A DNA stretch of 64,000 nucleotides from Candidatus Latescibacterota bacterium. Lineage in GTDB: Bacteria > Latescibacterota > UBA2968 > GCA-2709665. The stretch spans positions 3,200,001-3,264,000 of the forward strand of contig OZ220733.1 of NCBI GenBank assembly GCA_965116875.1. The letters run 5' to 3'. The notes beneath the pieces were generated by a model that saw only the letters and a program-made list of their open reading frames with translations, was not told where the DNA came from and searched no databases. Below, in pieces: positions 10,243 to 19,849 of the stretch (its first letter is position 1; every line of letters begins with the position of its first letter). The position numbers and the translations under genes are program-made.

Positions 10243-11025
10243 CTACTCGGCTGCGGATACGCTCAGCACCCGGATGCGGGCGCTGATCGCCTCGACGGTC
10301 TCCGTCACGGCCGAAAGCAGCGCATCGCAGTCTTCGATAGCCACCTGTGGATCTGAGTAGCGGTAACGTACGGCATACCCGGTCAGCCACGCCAGCTTCT
10401 CACCGGCCGGAGTGTCTTTTTCATCAGGATGCTGCCGCACGATAGCGGCAAGCGTCGCCAGATCGTGCGTGGTGCCATAGTCGGTATCAAGTGAGGAAAT
10501 CCAGCCTTTCAATGCGTTTTCCATTGCTTGCTGTGCGTGAAACCCGATGGCTTCCTGAGCGGATTTGGCTTCTACGAGAATTCTTAGAACCCCGAGTTCG
10601 CGCTCGGCGTTGGCGATCCGCTGCCGAATGTCGGGCCAGTTGGACGGTCCCGGGTTGTTGTAGTGTACTTTGTCACCGTTTCCGTCAAGACCATCACGTA
10701 CAGCCTGGCCCGCCAAATGGTTTCGCGCCCGGCGACCGTCGTGGAATGCCCGCTCGCTCAGGCACACCAGGTCGACGCCGATCGAGGCGCCGTACAATTC
10801 CTCAACCACGCGATGGGCCGCCGCACTGGTTTTTTGATACTCTTGCCTGTCCGTGGAATCGGAGCCGGTGATGATGAGCAGGTCGATGTCCGACTGCGCG
10901 CTGTAGTCTCCGCGGGCTCGAGAGCCGAACAGGATGACCCGGTCCGGGCGGACCGCTTCGCCGACGGCACGTGCGACGGCGCAGGCCTTCGGATCGGGCG
11001 CGCGGTGTGTCGGGAACTTTGTCAT
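10243..11025 (-). CDS. MNT nucleotidyltransferase-HEPN fusion protein, paralog 1
   Basis: ILFGSRARGD..SDIDLL followed by GFHAQQAMENALKG...THDL...YAVRYRY. Confidence 0.88.
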   Translation of the reverse strand: MTKFPTHRAPDPKACAVARAVGEAVRPDRVILFGSRARGDYSAQSDIDLLIITGSDSTDRQEYQKTSAAAHRVVEELYGASIGVDLVCLSERAFHDGRRARNHLAGQAVRDGLDGNGDKVHYNNPGPSNWPDIRQRIANAERELGVLRILVEAKSAQEAIGFHAQQAMENALKGWISSLDTDYGTTHDLATLAAIVRQHPDEKDTPAGEKLAWLTGYAVRYRYSDPQVAIEDCDALLSAVTETVEAISARIRVLSVSAAE

Positions 11026-11190
11026 GGTAAACGTTGACCTTCCGCGCCGCACGGTCGTTTTCCGTACTTCCGCTCGGCAGGTCGACGGGAGGATAGTCAA
11101 ATTGGGACCAAGTACGTGAGCATGGAGAGACAGGTTGGACAGATGGAAGAACGTCACGTGTCAGCGGCTGATCGTGCGTACGATGCGTCC

Positions 11191-11991
11191 CTACTCTGAG
11201 TCGGGCTCCTCTGTTGGTGTTGCGCTCAGCGCCCGGATGCGGGCGATAATCGCCTCGACGGTCTCCGTCACGGCCGAAAGCAGCGCAACGCGGTCTTCGA
11301 TGACCACCTGTGGATCTGAGTAGCGATAGCGTACTGCATACCCCGTCAGCCACGCCAGCTTCTCGCCGGCCGGGGTGTCATTTTCTGCCGGATGCCAACG
11401 GACGATCGACGCCAGATCGGTCAGATTGTGCGTGTTGCCATAGTCGGAGTCGAGCGCCGATATCCAGCCTTTCAGCGCATTCTCAAGCGCCTGTTGGGCG
11501 GTAAATCCAATCAGTTCTTGTGAAGACCGCGGGCTTTCCACAAGGACTTCCAGATCCTGGAGACACCGCCTGGCATTGGCGATACGCTGCCGAATGTCGG
11601 GCCAGTTGGACGGTTCCGGGTTTTTGTAGTGTACTTTGTCACCGTTTCCGTCAAGACCATCACGTACAGCCTGGCCCGCCACGTGGTTTCGCGACCGGCG
11701 ACCATCGTGGAAGGCTTTCTCGCTCAGGTGGACCAGGTCAACGCCGATCAAGTCTCCATACAGTTCGTCGACCTTGCGGTGGGCCGCCGCGCTCGTGTCC
11801 CGATACGTCTGCTCGTCCGTGGAATCGGAGTCGGTAATGATGAGCAGGTCGATATCCGAATCTGTGCGGTAGTCGCCCCGGGCGCGCGATCCGAACAGGA
11901 TGACCCGATCCGGGTGGACCGCTTCGCCGACAGCACGGGCGACGGCGCAGGCATTCGAGTCAGGTGCGGTGTGTGTCGTGAGCTTTGTCAT
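11191..11991 (-). CDS. MNT nucleotidyltransferase-HEPN fusion protein, paralog 2
   Basis: Same motifs as paralog 1 (GFTAQQALENALKG, THNL, YAVRYRY), with long identical stretches. Confidence 0.88.
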   Translation of the reverse strand: MTKLTTHTAPDSNACAVARAVGEAVHPDRVILFGSRARGDYRTDSDIDLLIITDSDSTDEQTYRDTSAAAHRKVDELYGDLIGVDLVHLSEKAFHDGRRSRNHVAGQAVRDGLDGNGDKVHYKNPEPSNWPDIRQRIANARRCLQDLEVLVESPRSSQELIGFTAQQALENALKGWISALDSDYGNTHNLTDLASIVRWHPAENDTPAGEKLAWLTGYAVRYRYSDPQVVIEDRVALLSAVTETVEAIIARIRALSATPTEEPDSE

Positions 11992-12074
11992 TATGTTCGT
12001 AGACCTTCAGATTTACACGGCCATTTTTGGCTCTTCCGGTTGCAGCGGCGGAGGGACTTGATTGAGTTCCCGGC

Positions 12075-13442
12075 TCAGCCCGTCCAGGGCCCGGTGATGG
12101 CCAGCGTGATCCCGGGCGACTGGATGTTGGCGTACAGAGTGCGGCCGTCGGGCGAGAACGTAGCGCCGGCAAACTCGGACTCGTTGAAGGCGTTGCGGCC
12201 GAGCTTGTAGATCCGTCCGTCCGGGGTGACCCCCACCAGGTGATTGTCCCCGCCGCCGTCCTCACAGAGCACGAGGTCGCCCCAGGGCGCAACCGTCAGG
12301 TTGTCGCAGTTCTCCACCAGGTTGCCGTCGTTGGGCTCGATGAACAGCTCGAGTGTCCCGGGCGAGGCCGTTTCGTCGGGGGTTCCCTCACCAGGGCTTG
12401 GCTCGTAGCGCCACACCTGCCCCTTCTTTTTCTTACCGCCGCTGGTGCAAGCGAAGTAGACGGCCTCCCGGCCGTACCACATGCCCTCGCCACGGGCGAA
12501 GAGGGCGGCGCCCTTGTTGAATCCCTGGAGACGCAGGTCATTGTCCGGGGACTCCACGTCCTCCATGCTGACCCAGGCCGCGGCCAGGCGGTCCCCGGGA
12601 GCGACGGTCTGCGACCTGTGGTTGGACGTGTCGAGGCTCCGCCGGTCGAGTACCATGAGCGCCTGCAGCCGTCCACCGGCCGCGAGACGTCCGGGCTCGT
12701 CGGGCAGGTATCGGTAGATGAGACCGTCGCCGGCGTCCTCGGTCTGATAGACGATGCCCGTCGCCGGATGGACGGCCACGGCCTCGTGGTTGAATCGGCC
12801 CATCGCCTTCAGAGCCACCGGCTCCACCGGTCCCGTTGCCGGGCCCACCGCGACCTCGAAGTTGAACCCGTGGTCCTGTTCGTGGCGTTCGTCGGCGCGC
12901 TGGGTCGTTTCCTCGCAGGTGATCCAGCTCTCCCATGGGGTGAGGCCGCCGGCGCAGTTGCGCACGGTGCCGGCAAGGCTGAGGAAATGTTTCTCCAGTT
13001 CACCGTCGGGGCCGAGTACGAAGGTCGTCGTCCCTCCCTGCGGCGGATCACCGCGGCCCCAGTCGTAGAACCGCTCCCGCGGCAACTTGCCGAGACGCTC
13101 GTTCTCATCGCCGAAGGCGCCCACCTTGCGGGCCCCCGCGGTGAGTTCGTGGTTGCAGATCAACAGGGTCCGTCCCTCCGCCCCGGGAAAGGCGGCCATG
13201 GCGTCGGGCAGTCCCGGCACCAGGAGACCATCGTCCATTTCATCGCCGGTGCGGGAGATCACCCGGTAGGTGAATCCCGCGGGGAGGTCGATGATCCCGC
13301 CCGGGTCCGGTAGCATGGGGCCGTAGCCGGCAGCGATCCCCTTCGCGGACGCTTCCCCCCAGACCACGAAGTGCTGCAACCCCTGGAATCCCAGGGTGAC
13401 GGCGGTCGTCGACTTCAGAAACTGCCTTCTGGTGACGGGCAT
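12075..13442 (-). CDS. phoX: PhoX-family alkaline phosphatase (DUF839), Tat-exported
   Basis: TRRQFLK Tat motif, NHE, NCAGG.TPW..W.TCEE, GRFNHEA, DNL, CEDG, SEFAG. Confidence 0.9.
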   Translation of the reverse strand: MPVTRRQFLKSTTAVTLGFQGLQHFVVWGEASAKGIAAGYGPMLPDPGGIIDLPAGFTYRVISRTGDEMDDGLLVPGLPDAMAAFPGAEGRTLLICNHELTAGARKVGAFGDENERLGKLPRERFYDWGRGDPPQGGTTTFVLGPDGELEKHFLSLAGTVRNCAGGLTPWESWITCEETTQRADERHEQDHGFNFEVAVGPATGPVEPVALKAMGRFNHEAVAVHPATGIVYQTEDAGDGLIYRYLPDEPGRLAAGGRLQALMVLDRRSLDTSNHRSQTVAPGDRLAAAWVSMEDVESPDNDLRLQGFNKGAALFARGEGMWYGREAVYFACTSGGKKKKGQVWRYEPSPGEGTPDETASPGTLELFIEPNDGNLVENCDNLTVAPWGDLVLCEDGGGDNHLVGVTPDGRIYKLGRNAFNESEFAGATFSPDGRTLYANIQSPGITLAITGPWTG

Positions 13443-13539
13443 TTGGTCGATCCTCCCTTAGCATTAAGAAAAAAGGAAAAACTGCCTTCCCGCGGACCCG
13501 GAAACCGTAGACTGCGCAGACCCGCTCGAGGGCTGCCGC

Positions 13540-14595
13540 CTATTGCTCCTCAGTCGTTGCCGTGTCGTCCGGATCGGTACCCTGATCGGTCCTCGTCTGA
13601 TCATCAAGCCTGCGTTTTTCTTCTTCGCGTCTGCCCAGTTCCAGGATGGCATTCCGGTATTTTCCGCTGGATTTCCTCGCGTAAGCTTCCTTCAGTGCGG
13701 TCCGAGCCGGATCGAACCGGTCCGAATACATTAAGCTCAGACCAAGATCGTAATAGGCCTTGTGGACTTCCGGTGACCTGGAATAGGCCTCCGTCGCTTC
13801 CTGAAAGACGTTGACCGCGCCATCCCAGTTACCGGCCTGGACCATTCTGAAGCCGCGTTCCAGTTCCGGCATTTCCTTGTCGGTTTCAAACGACACATTT
13901 ACCCGTTCGGTATACGGCACGATCATCCGCTCGATGGCCCGTACGATATCCGAGCGGCATTCCGCGAAGAGTCGCCTGCGGGCGGCATTGTCGATTCTTG
14001 CCTTCGCCGGCGTGTCTCCTGATGTCCTCATCGTTTCACGCCTGGAAAAATTCCTGCTGGCCAGTATCCTGGATGTTCGCAAGTCCACGACTTTCAGTTG
14101 AACTTCCACGTGCGCGGTACCCTTGCGTTTGTATTTCTGCCCGGTGGCTCCCTTTTCCGTCTTTCTGTTTTTCTTCTGAACGTCTTCGACGATTTCCTCT
14201 TCGTCGTAATCGTATGCCAGGATATCGCCCGAGATGAGGACGACGTTGCCGTTGTCGTCTTCCCGGCTGTGCCCGGCTTTCAGGCTCTCATAATCGAGAA
14301 GTTCAAATCGATCGGACCGTGCAAGGATCCGCGACACCTCCGCGGCGAATCGTCGGATCCAGGTGTCTCTGGATTCCACGCCTTGCAGGAATTTATTCAA
14401 TCCGTCCAGTTTCGATACGAATCCGCTCCCCGCTCCCTTGATTTCACCGATCATGATCCTGTCATACTCGCTCAGGTTGATTTCAGCCGGACGGGTGACG
14501 AGAATGGAGACGTTCCTTCCCGCACAACCCGTGATCCATCCCGAGACGACGAAGGCTGACAGGAGAATGAGATTGCACGTACACTTTCTGTTCAT
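13540..14595 (-). CDS. Lipoprotein with C-terminal TPR repeats
   Basis: Lipobox ITG-C; TPR-like AYYDLGLSLMYSDRFDPARTALKEA. Confidence 0.75.
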   Translation of the reverse strand: MNRKCTCNLILLSAFVVSGWITGCAGRNVSILVTRPAEINLSEYDRIMIGEIKGAGSGFVSKLDGLNKFLQGVESRDTWIRRFAAEVSRILARSDRFELLDYESLKAGHSREDDNGNVVLISGDILAYDYDEEEIVEDVQKKNRKTEKGATGQKYKRKGTAHVEVQLKVVDLRTSRILASRNFSRRETMRTSGDTPAKARIDNAARRRLFAECRSDIVRAIERMIVPYTERVNVSFETDKEMPELERGFRMVQAGNWDGAVNVFQEATEAYSRSPEVHKAYYDLGLSLMYSDRFDPARTALKEAYARKSSGKYRNAILELGRREEEKRRLDDQTRTDQGTDPDDTATTEEQ

Positions 14596-14664
14596 CGGGT
14601 CCTGCTCCGGATGTCATGTCGACCCGCTGTATCGGCGTTCGGCCACGGGTATGGATTCAAACAC

Positions 14665-14703
14665 AAAAAAGAGTCGAGGCGCTCTTCAACAGCCTCGACC
14701 CTC
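14665..14703 (-). terminator. Intrinsic terminator after the selenoprotein gene
   Basis: GTCGAGGC/GCCTCGAC stem followed by a T6 tract on the minus strand. Confidence 0.75.
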
Positions 14704-14719
14704 GCCTTACGACAATACA

Positions 14720-14956
14720 TCATACGCGTTTGGCGACCTCGGGCTGGATCTCATCGTATTCGGGAAAGCGGCCCTCTTTGAGCTTGGAGAACGCGAGTTC
14801 GCCGTCGATGGTGACTTCAAAACGTCCGCCGCCGGAGGGGATGAGCGCGAAGCTCTCAATGTCCTGCTTGAATTCTCTCAGAAGCCTGTCCGTCAAACTG
14901 ACGGTCTGATCTTCGTAGCCTCAGGCCGCGCAGTATTCGATGTCGATTCTGGGCAT
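14720..14956 (-). CDS. SelW/SelT/SelH (Rdx) family selenoprotein, 78 aa, CxxU
   Basis: AAGGAGG RBS; MPRIDIEYCAA-UGA-GYEDQ...LIPSGGGRFEVTIDGELAFSKLKEGRFPE. In-frame TGA at 14921-14923. Confidence 0.93.
14890..14904 (-). promoter_or_regulatory. Putative bacterial SECIS hairpin
   Basis: CCGTCA-GTT-TGACGG stem-loop starting 16 nt after the UGA; loop begins with G. Confidence 0.7.
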
Positions 14957-14988
14957 GTGGCGCCTCCTTGACGTCTTCGGATGAAAGA

Positions 14989-15037
14989 TGAGTAGAGGAG
15001 TGAAGAGCGAGGAGAGAGGAAAGAGGAGTGAGTAACG
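14989..15037. repeat. Purine-rich heptamer run (GAGGAGT/GAAGAGC/GAGGAGA/GAGGAAA); arm of element family B
   Basis: 7-nt periodicity; a similar run lies at 40726-40785. Confidence 0.8.
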
Positions 15038-15090
15038 ATAAAGAGCGGATCCGGAAACGCGAATGGAAAGAGGAGTGTGAGGCCTTTGAC

Positions 15091-15403
15091 TCGCCTTCTC
15101 TCTTTTCTCACTTCTCTCCGCTCTCTCCTCGATTTTCGCCTTCTCTCTTTTCTCACTTCTCTCCGCTCTCTCCTCGCTTTTCGCCTTCTCTCTTTTCTCA
15201 CTTCTCTCCGCTCTCTCCTCGCTTTTCGCCTTCTCTCTTTTCTCACTTCTCTCCGCTCTCTCCTCGATTTTCGCCTTCTCTCTTTTCTCACTTCTCTCCG
15301 CTCTCTCCTCGATTTTCGCCTTCTCTCTCTTCTCACTTCTCTCCGCTCTCTCCTCGATTTTCGCCTTCTCTCTCTTCTCACTTCTCTCCACTCTCTCCTC
15401 GAT
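15091..15403. repeat. Tandem array of 7 x 45 bp, pyrimidine-rich unit
   Basis: TCGCCTTCTCTCTTTTCTCACTTCTCTCCGCTCTCTCCTCGATTT starting at 15091, 15136, 15181, 15226, 15271, 15316 and 15361. Confidence 0.97.
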
Positions 15404-15414
15404 GTCCACTGTCT

Positions 15415-15443
15415 AATATATCCCGTCCGGCCATGATTGTCAA
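15415..15443 (-). promoter_or_regulatory. Sigma70-type promoter reading through the 45-bp array into the selenoprotein gene
   Basis: TTGACA-N17-TATATT. Confidence 0.65.
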
Positions 15444-15481
15444 TGTCAGGCCCGTGGTATCGGTGTATATGGGAAATCCGC

Positions 15482-15510
15482 TTGACCGTCAACCTCGCGA
15501 AGGTTAGATT
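15482..15510 (+). promoter_or_regulatory. Sigma70-type promoter for the carboxypeptidase operon
   Basis: TTGACC-N17-TAGATT. Confidence 0.55.
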
Positions 15511-15559
15511 GAGGCGGCATTCCAGACCGATGTCGGCAAGGTAAAAAAGGAGAGGTACA

Positions 15560-17071
15560 ATGTCTCCGGAGCGGGCTTACGACGGCCTCATCGGCCGGTG
15601 GAAGGAACTTCATTTGCTGGAGTCCTGCGCGGCCGTGCTGGGTTGGGATGAACGCACGTATATGCCCCGCGGCGGCGCGGCGCACCGTGCCGAACAGCAC
15701 GCCCTGATGGCCGGGATGGCGCACGACCGCGCAACGGCGCCCGAGGTGGGGGATTTGCTGTCGCGCATCGAGGAAGGCGATGAGCAACTCCCGTCCGATT
15801 CGGCGTCCGCCGTAAACGTCAGGGAAATCCGGCGGGAGTACGACCGAAGGACGAAGTTGCAACGGTCACTGGTGGAGGCGCTTGCGAAGGCGACGACGTT
15901 GGCGGAGCATGCCTGGCAGGAGGCGAGGGAGAAATCGGCGTTCGAGCTGTTCCGGCCGGAGTTCGAGGACGTCCTGCGGCTCACCCGGGAGGTGGCGGAG
16001 GCCCTGAAGACCGGAGGTTCGGCCTACGACGCGCTTCTGGACCGGTTTGAACCCGGTGAGACCTCACGGAATCTCAAAAGGGTGTTCGGGGCGCTCCGGG
16101 ACGAACTGGCTCCCCTGGTTGCGGCCATCGTGGATACAGGCAGGGAGCCCGACGCGTCGATTCTGACGCGGGACTATCCCGTGGCAAAACAAACGGCGTT
16201 CGGCGTCGCCGCGGCAGAAGCCATCGGGTTCGACTTCGAGCGCGGGCGGCTGGACGAGACAGTGCATCCTTTCTGCACGGGGATCGGTCCGGGCGATACC
16301 AGAATAACCACCCGGTACGACCGCAACCAGTTCGCGCAGGCTTTCTTCGGGACGTTGCACGAGGCGGGTCACGGCCTGTACGACCAGGGGCTGGACGCCG
16401 CGCATTCCGGGACACCGATGGCTGAGGCCGTATCTCTGGGAATTCACGAGTCCCAGTCCCGGATGTGGGAGAATTTCGTAGGGCGCGGCAGTGCGTTCTG
16501 GACGCACTTTTTCCCGAAAGCGCGGGATGAGTTTCCCCCGGCGCTGTCGGATGTATCGTTGGATGCGTTCTATTTCGCGGTCAACGACGTGCGGCCGTCG
16601 TTCATCCGTGTGGAAGCGGACGAGGCCACGTACAATTTGCACATTCTGCTGCGGTTCGCGCTCGAGGAGGCGCTGGTGGAGGGCGATCTGGCGGTGGCGG
16701 ACGTTCCCGGCGCGTGGAACGAGCGGTTCGAGCGGGATTTCGGATTGAAGCCGCCGGACGATGCCCGCGGATGCCTGCAGGACGTACACTGGAGCGCCGG
16801 GTTGATCGGATACTTCCCTACCTATACCCTTGGTAACCTGTATGCCGCTCAGTTTTTCGAAGCGGCCCGAAACGACCTGGGCGATCTCGACGGACAGTTC
16901 GCCAAAGGCGAATTCGGTCCGCTGCTGGGTTGGCTGAGGGAAAGGATCCATCTGCACGGAAAGCGCTATCGGGCAACGGAACTGGTGGAGGTGGTTACAG
17001 GGAAACCTCTGGGTCACAGGGCATTGATGATGCATCTGAAGGCCAAATTCGGACCGCTGTATGGGGTCTGA
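15560..17071 (+). CDS. Carboxypeptidase M32 (Taq family)
   Basis: HPFC, LHEAGH, HESQSR, IRVEADE, QDVHW, GYFPTY. Confidence 0.95.
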   Translation: MSPERAYDGLIGRWKELHLLESCAAVLGWDERTYMPRGGAAHRAEQHALMAGMAHDRATAPEVGDLLSRIEEGDEQLPSDSASAVNVREIRREYDRRTKLQRSLVEALAKATTLAEHAWQEAREKSAFELFRPEFEDVLRLTREVAEALKTGGSAYDALLDRFEPGETSRNLKRVFGALRDELAPLVAAIVDTGREPDASILTRDYPVAKQTAFGVAAAEAIGFDFERGRLDETVHPFCTGIGPGDTRITTRYDRNQFAQAFFGTLHEAGHGLYDQGLDAAHSGTPMAEAVSLGIHESQSRMWENFVGRGSAFWTHFFPKARDEFPPALSDVSLDAFYFAVNDVRPSFIRVEADEATYNLHILLRFALEEALVEGDLAVADVPGAWNERFERDFGLKPPDDARGCLQDVHWSAGLIGYFPTYTLGNLYAAQFFEAARNDLGDLDGQFAKGEFGPLLGWLRERIHLHGKRYRATELVEVVTGKPLGHRALMMHLKAKFGPLYGV

Positions 17072-18029
17072 GCCTTCCAGTCGCCGGCCGGTCATTCTGG
17101 ATGCGGATCCGGGCGTGGACGACGCACTGGCCATCATGCTGGCGCTGGGCTCTCCCGAACTGGACGTGCTTGGCATCTGCACCGTGAGCGGCAATGTGCC
17201 GCTGGATACCGGAACCGGGAACGCGCTGAAGGTGCTGGCATTATTGGGCCGCAGCGAGGTCCCGGTGTACACCGGCGCCAGGCGTCCGCTCAGGAGGGAA
17301 GCCGTTTACGCCACCGAGGTGCACGGGCTGGAAGGACTGGGAGATTCCGAATTGCCGCGGCCGGACCGCCCGCCTTCGGGTGATGCGGTTTCGTTTATCG
17401 CCGAAACCCTGTCGGCGCGTCCGGGGGAGGTGACCCTGATCGCCGTCGGTCCGTTGACCAACCTGGCCCTGGCCGAAGCGCGGGCGCCCGGGGTGTTGAA
17501 AACGGCCCGGGAGGTGTGTGCGATGGGCGGCGCCGTTGACGAGCCAGGCAACATTACGCCCGCGGCCGAGTTCAATTTCTTCGCGGATCCCGACGCCGCG
17601 AGGCAGGTCGTTCGTTCCGGGGCAAATATTACGCTGGCGCCGCTGGACGTCACCCATCGGGTGGCGTTGGTGGCATCGCACCTTGCACGGATGCCGGCAA
17701 CACCCGTGGGTCGATTCGTAAAGGAGGCGGTGCGGCCGGCCATGGAACTTGCCATGCGGCTTGAGGCGGGACGCCGGTTTTTTCTGCACGATCCGTTGGC
17801 TGTCGGGCTGGCGATCGATCCGTCCTTCTTCCGAATCGAAACGATATTCGCGGACGTGGAAACAGAGGGTGATCTCACCGCGGGCCAGGTGGTGGCGGAC
17901 CGGCGGTTGTTCACGCAGGAAGGGAACCGCAAGGGACTGCCGGTGAGATGCGCGGTGGACGTGGACGCCGCCCGTTTTCTGGAGCTGTTTCTGTCCCGGA
18001 TTTACCAGCGGAAGGGTTTGTCACATTGA
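17061..18029 (+). CDS. Nucleoside hydrolase (IU-NH family)
   Basis: DADPGVDDALA, GPLTNLA, AEFNF..DP, LHDP. Confidence 0.93.
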   Translation: MGSEPSSRRPVILDADPGVDDALAIMLALGSPELDVLGICTVSGNVPLDTGTGNALKVLALLGRSEVPVYTGARRPLRREAVYATEVHGLEGLGDSELPRPDRPPSGDAVSFIAETLSARPGEVTLIAVGPLTNLALAEARAPGVLKTAREVCAMGGAVDEPGNITPAAEFNFFADPDAARQVVRSGANITLAPLDVTHRVALVASHLARMPATPVGRFVKEAVRPAMELAMRLEAGRRFFLHDPLAVGLAIDPSFFRIETIFADVETEGDLTAGQVVADRRLFTQEGNRKGLPVRCAVDVDAARFLELFLSRIYQRKGLSH

Positions 18030-18772
18030 AAGCGATCATCATCGGCGCGGGGCGGGGATTGCGATTGATGCCGCACACGAAGAACGCGCCGAAATGCCTT
18101 GCCGAAGTGAAAGGCAGGCGCATTCTGGATTGGGGCCTCGACGCCTTGCGTTCGGCCGGTCTGCGGGATATCGTGTTCGTCGGCGGTTACCGCATCGAGC
18201 AGGTGCAGACCGAGTATCCCGGCCTTACGTATTGCCATAATGCGGACTGGCCCAATAACAACATCCTGATTTCGCTGATGCACGCGGAATTCCACATGGA
18301 CGATGGCTTCGTCTGCGCCTATTCGGACATTCTCTACAGGCCTGAGATTGTCTCGAACCTGATGCGCAGTTTGCACGAGATCACGCTGGTCTGCGACACG
18401 GCCTGGCGTGCGCGGTACCGAAAGCGGACCGAGCATCCCGAGAACGACGCCGAGAAAGTGGCCACCGTGGGCAACCGGGTGGTAACGATCGGAAGGAACG
18501 TACCCGGCGAAATCGCCCACGGCGAATATACGGGCGTCGCCCGATTCGGTCCGGAGGGAACCGTACAATTGCGGGATGCGTATCACCGGGCAAAGTCGCT
18601 CTACAACGGGCGGCCTTTCCAATCGGCCGCCACCTTTCAGAAAGCGTATCTGATCGACCTGTACCAGGAGATGCTGGACGCCGAGGTCCCGATCCATCTC
18701 ATGGAGACGGACGGAGGGTACATGGAAATCGATACGAATCAGGATTTCCGGATCGCACGGGAGGAATGGTAG
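18026..18772 (+). CDS. Phosphocholine cytidylyltransferase-like NTP transferase
   Basis: AIIIGAGRG.RL...PKCL, YSDI, EIDT; TTG start overlaps the upstream stop codon. Confidence 0.85.
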   Translation: MKAIIIGAGRGLRLMPHTKNAPKCLAEVKGRRILDWGLDALRSAGLRDIVFVGGYRIEQVQTEYPGLTYCHNADWPNNNILISLMHAEFHMDDGFVCAYSDILYRPEIVSNLMRSLHEITLVCDTAWRARYRKRTEHPENDAEKVATVGNRVVTIGRNVPGEIAHGEYTGVARFGPEGTVQLRDAYHRAKSLYNGRPFQSAATFQKAYLIDLYQEMLDAEVPIHLMETDGGYMEIDTNQDFRIAREEW

Positions 18773-18773
18773 C

Positions 18774-19835
18774 TTGGGAAGCAACCGGATTCTATTCCCC
18801 GCGGGCGTCGTTGGGAGCATGCCCCGTTCGCAGTTCGTACAGGACCTGCTGGATCCCGATAAAGCGCCTGATGATCCCGACGAATTCTCCGTCCGGATGG
18901 ATGCCGCCGTGGACTACGTTCTGGCGTTGCAGGAGGCAGCCGGCCTGGACATCGTCTCCGACGGGGAGTACCGCCGCCGTTCCTATATCGGCATTATCGC
19001 CGACGTCGCGGACGGGTTCGTGCGCGAACGGAAGGAAGGAATCTGGTGGCACACGGTGGTGGAACCCGTCGAAGCGAAACGGACGGGTCTTGCCGCGGCC
19101 GAGGCGAAATATCTGAAGGCAAGGACCGGTAAAGCCGTCAAGGTGTGCCTGCCTTCTCCCTATCTGCTGGGCCAGCGGATGTGGCATCCGCAACGTTCGG
19201 TCGACGCGTATCCCACGCGCGAGGCGTTCATGCGCGCGCTGGTGCCCATTCTGCGTGGGGAACTGCTGCTGCTGCGGGACGCGGGCGCCGACGTGGTCCA
19301 GTTTGACGATCCGCACCTCTGTCTGTTCGTGGATTCCGATGTTCGCGGGAGGTACGCGAACCCGGACCGGGAGGTGGACCTCTGCGTGGATCTCATGAAC
19401 GAGATTGTGGACGGCGTTGACGGATTGGCCGTGGCCGTGCATCTGTGCCGGAGAAACAAGGGCCGGGCGGGCTGGGTCGGTGAGGGGGGATACGGGCCGA
19501 TTCTGCCCGCCCTGCTGCGATTGAACGTGGATCAATACGTAATGGAGTTTACCGTCCCCGCCGCGGGCGATATGGACGTATTGGAACAGATCCCGCGAGA
19601 CCGGCAGGTGGGATTGGGCTGTGTGGACTGCAGGTCTCCAGGCATCGATCCCGTTGCCGAGATTGCGCGTCGGGTGGAAACGGCTCTGGAATTCCTGCGT
19701 CCCGAACAGATTCTCCTGAATCCCGACTGCGGCTTTGCCCCGGGCAATGCGGCGGAGATCCCCGTTGAAGAGGCTTTCGCCAAACTGCGCAATGAGGCGG
19801 GCGCCGCGCGAGTGCTTAGAGGGAAATACGGCTAG
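18774..19835 (+). CDS. Cobalamin-independent methionine synthase II family protein (MetE C-terminal-like)
   Basis: VGSMPR, DGEYRR, HLCRRN and NPDCGF zinc-ligand motifs. Confidence 0.88.
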   Translation: MGSNRILFPAGVVGSMPRSQFVQDLLDPDKAPDDPDEFSVRMDAAVDYVLALQEAAGLDIVSDGEYRRRSYIGIIADVADGFVRERKEGIWWHTVVEPVEAKRTGLAAAEAKYLKARTGKAVKVCLPSPYLLGQRMWHPQRSVDAYPTREAFMRALVPILRGELLLLRDAGADVVQFDDPHLCLFVDSDVRGRYANPDREVDLCVDLMNEIVDGVDGLAVAVHLCRRNKGRAGWVGEGGYGPILPALLRLNVDQYVMEFTVPAAGDMDVLEQIPRDRQVGLGCVDCRSPGIDPVAEIARRVETALEFLRPEQILLNPDCGFAPGNAAEIPVEEAFAKLRNEAGAARVLRGKYG

Positions 19836-19849
19836 GTTTCCCCGTCGCC

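Noticed and set aside
15091-15403. CRISPR array
   Set aside because: Units are head-to-tail with no unique spacers, and there are no cas genes in the window.
14893-15507. R/E-rich and S/L/F-rich ORFs across the 45-bp array
   Set aside because: Frames are open because the unit length is a multiple of 3 and the sequence is low-complexity; related DNA is intergenic at 40794-40935.
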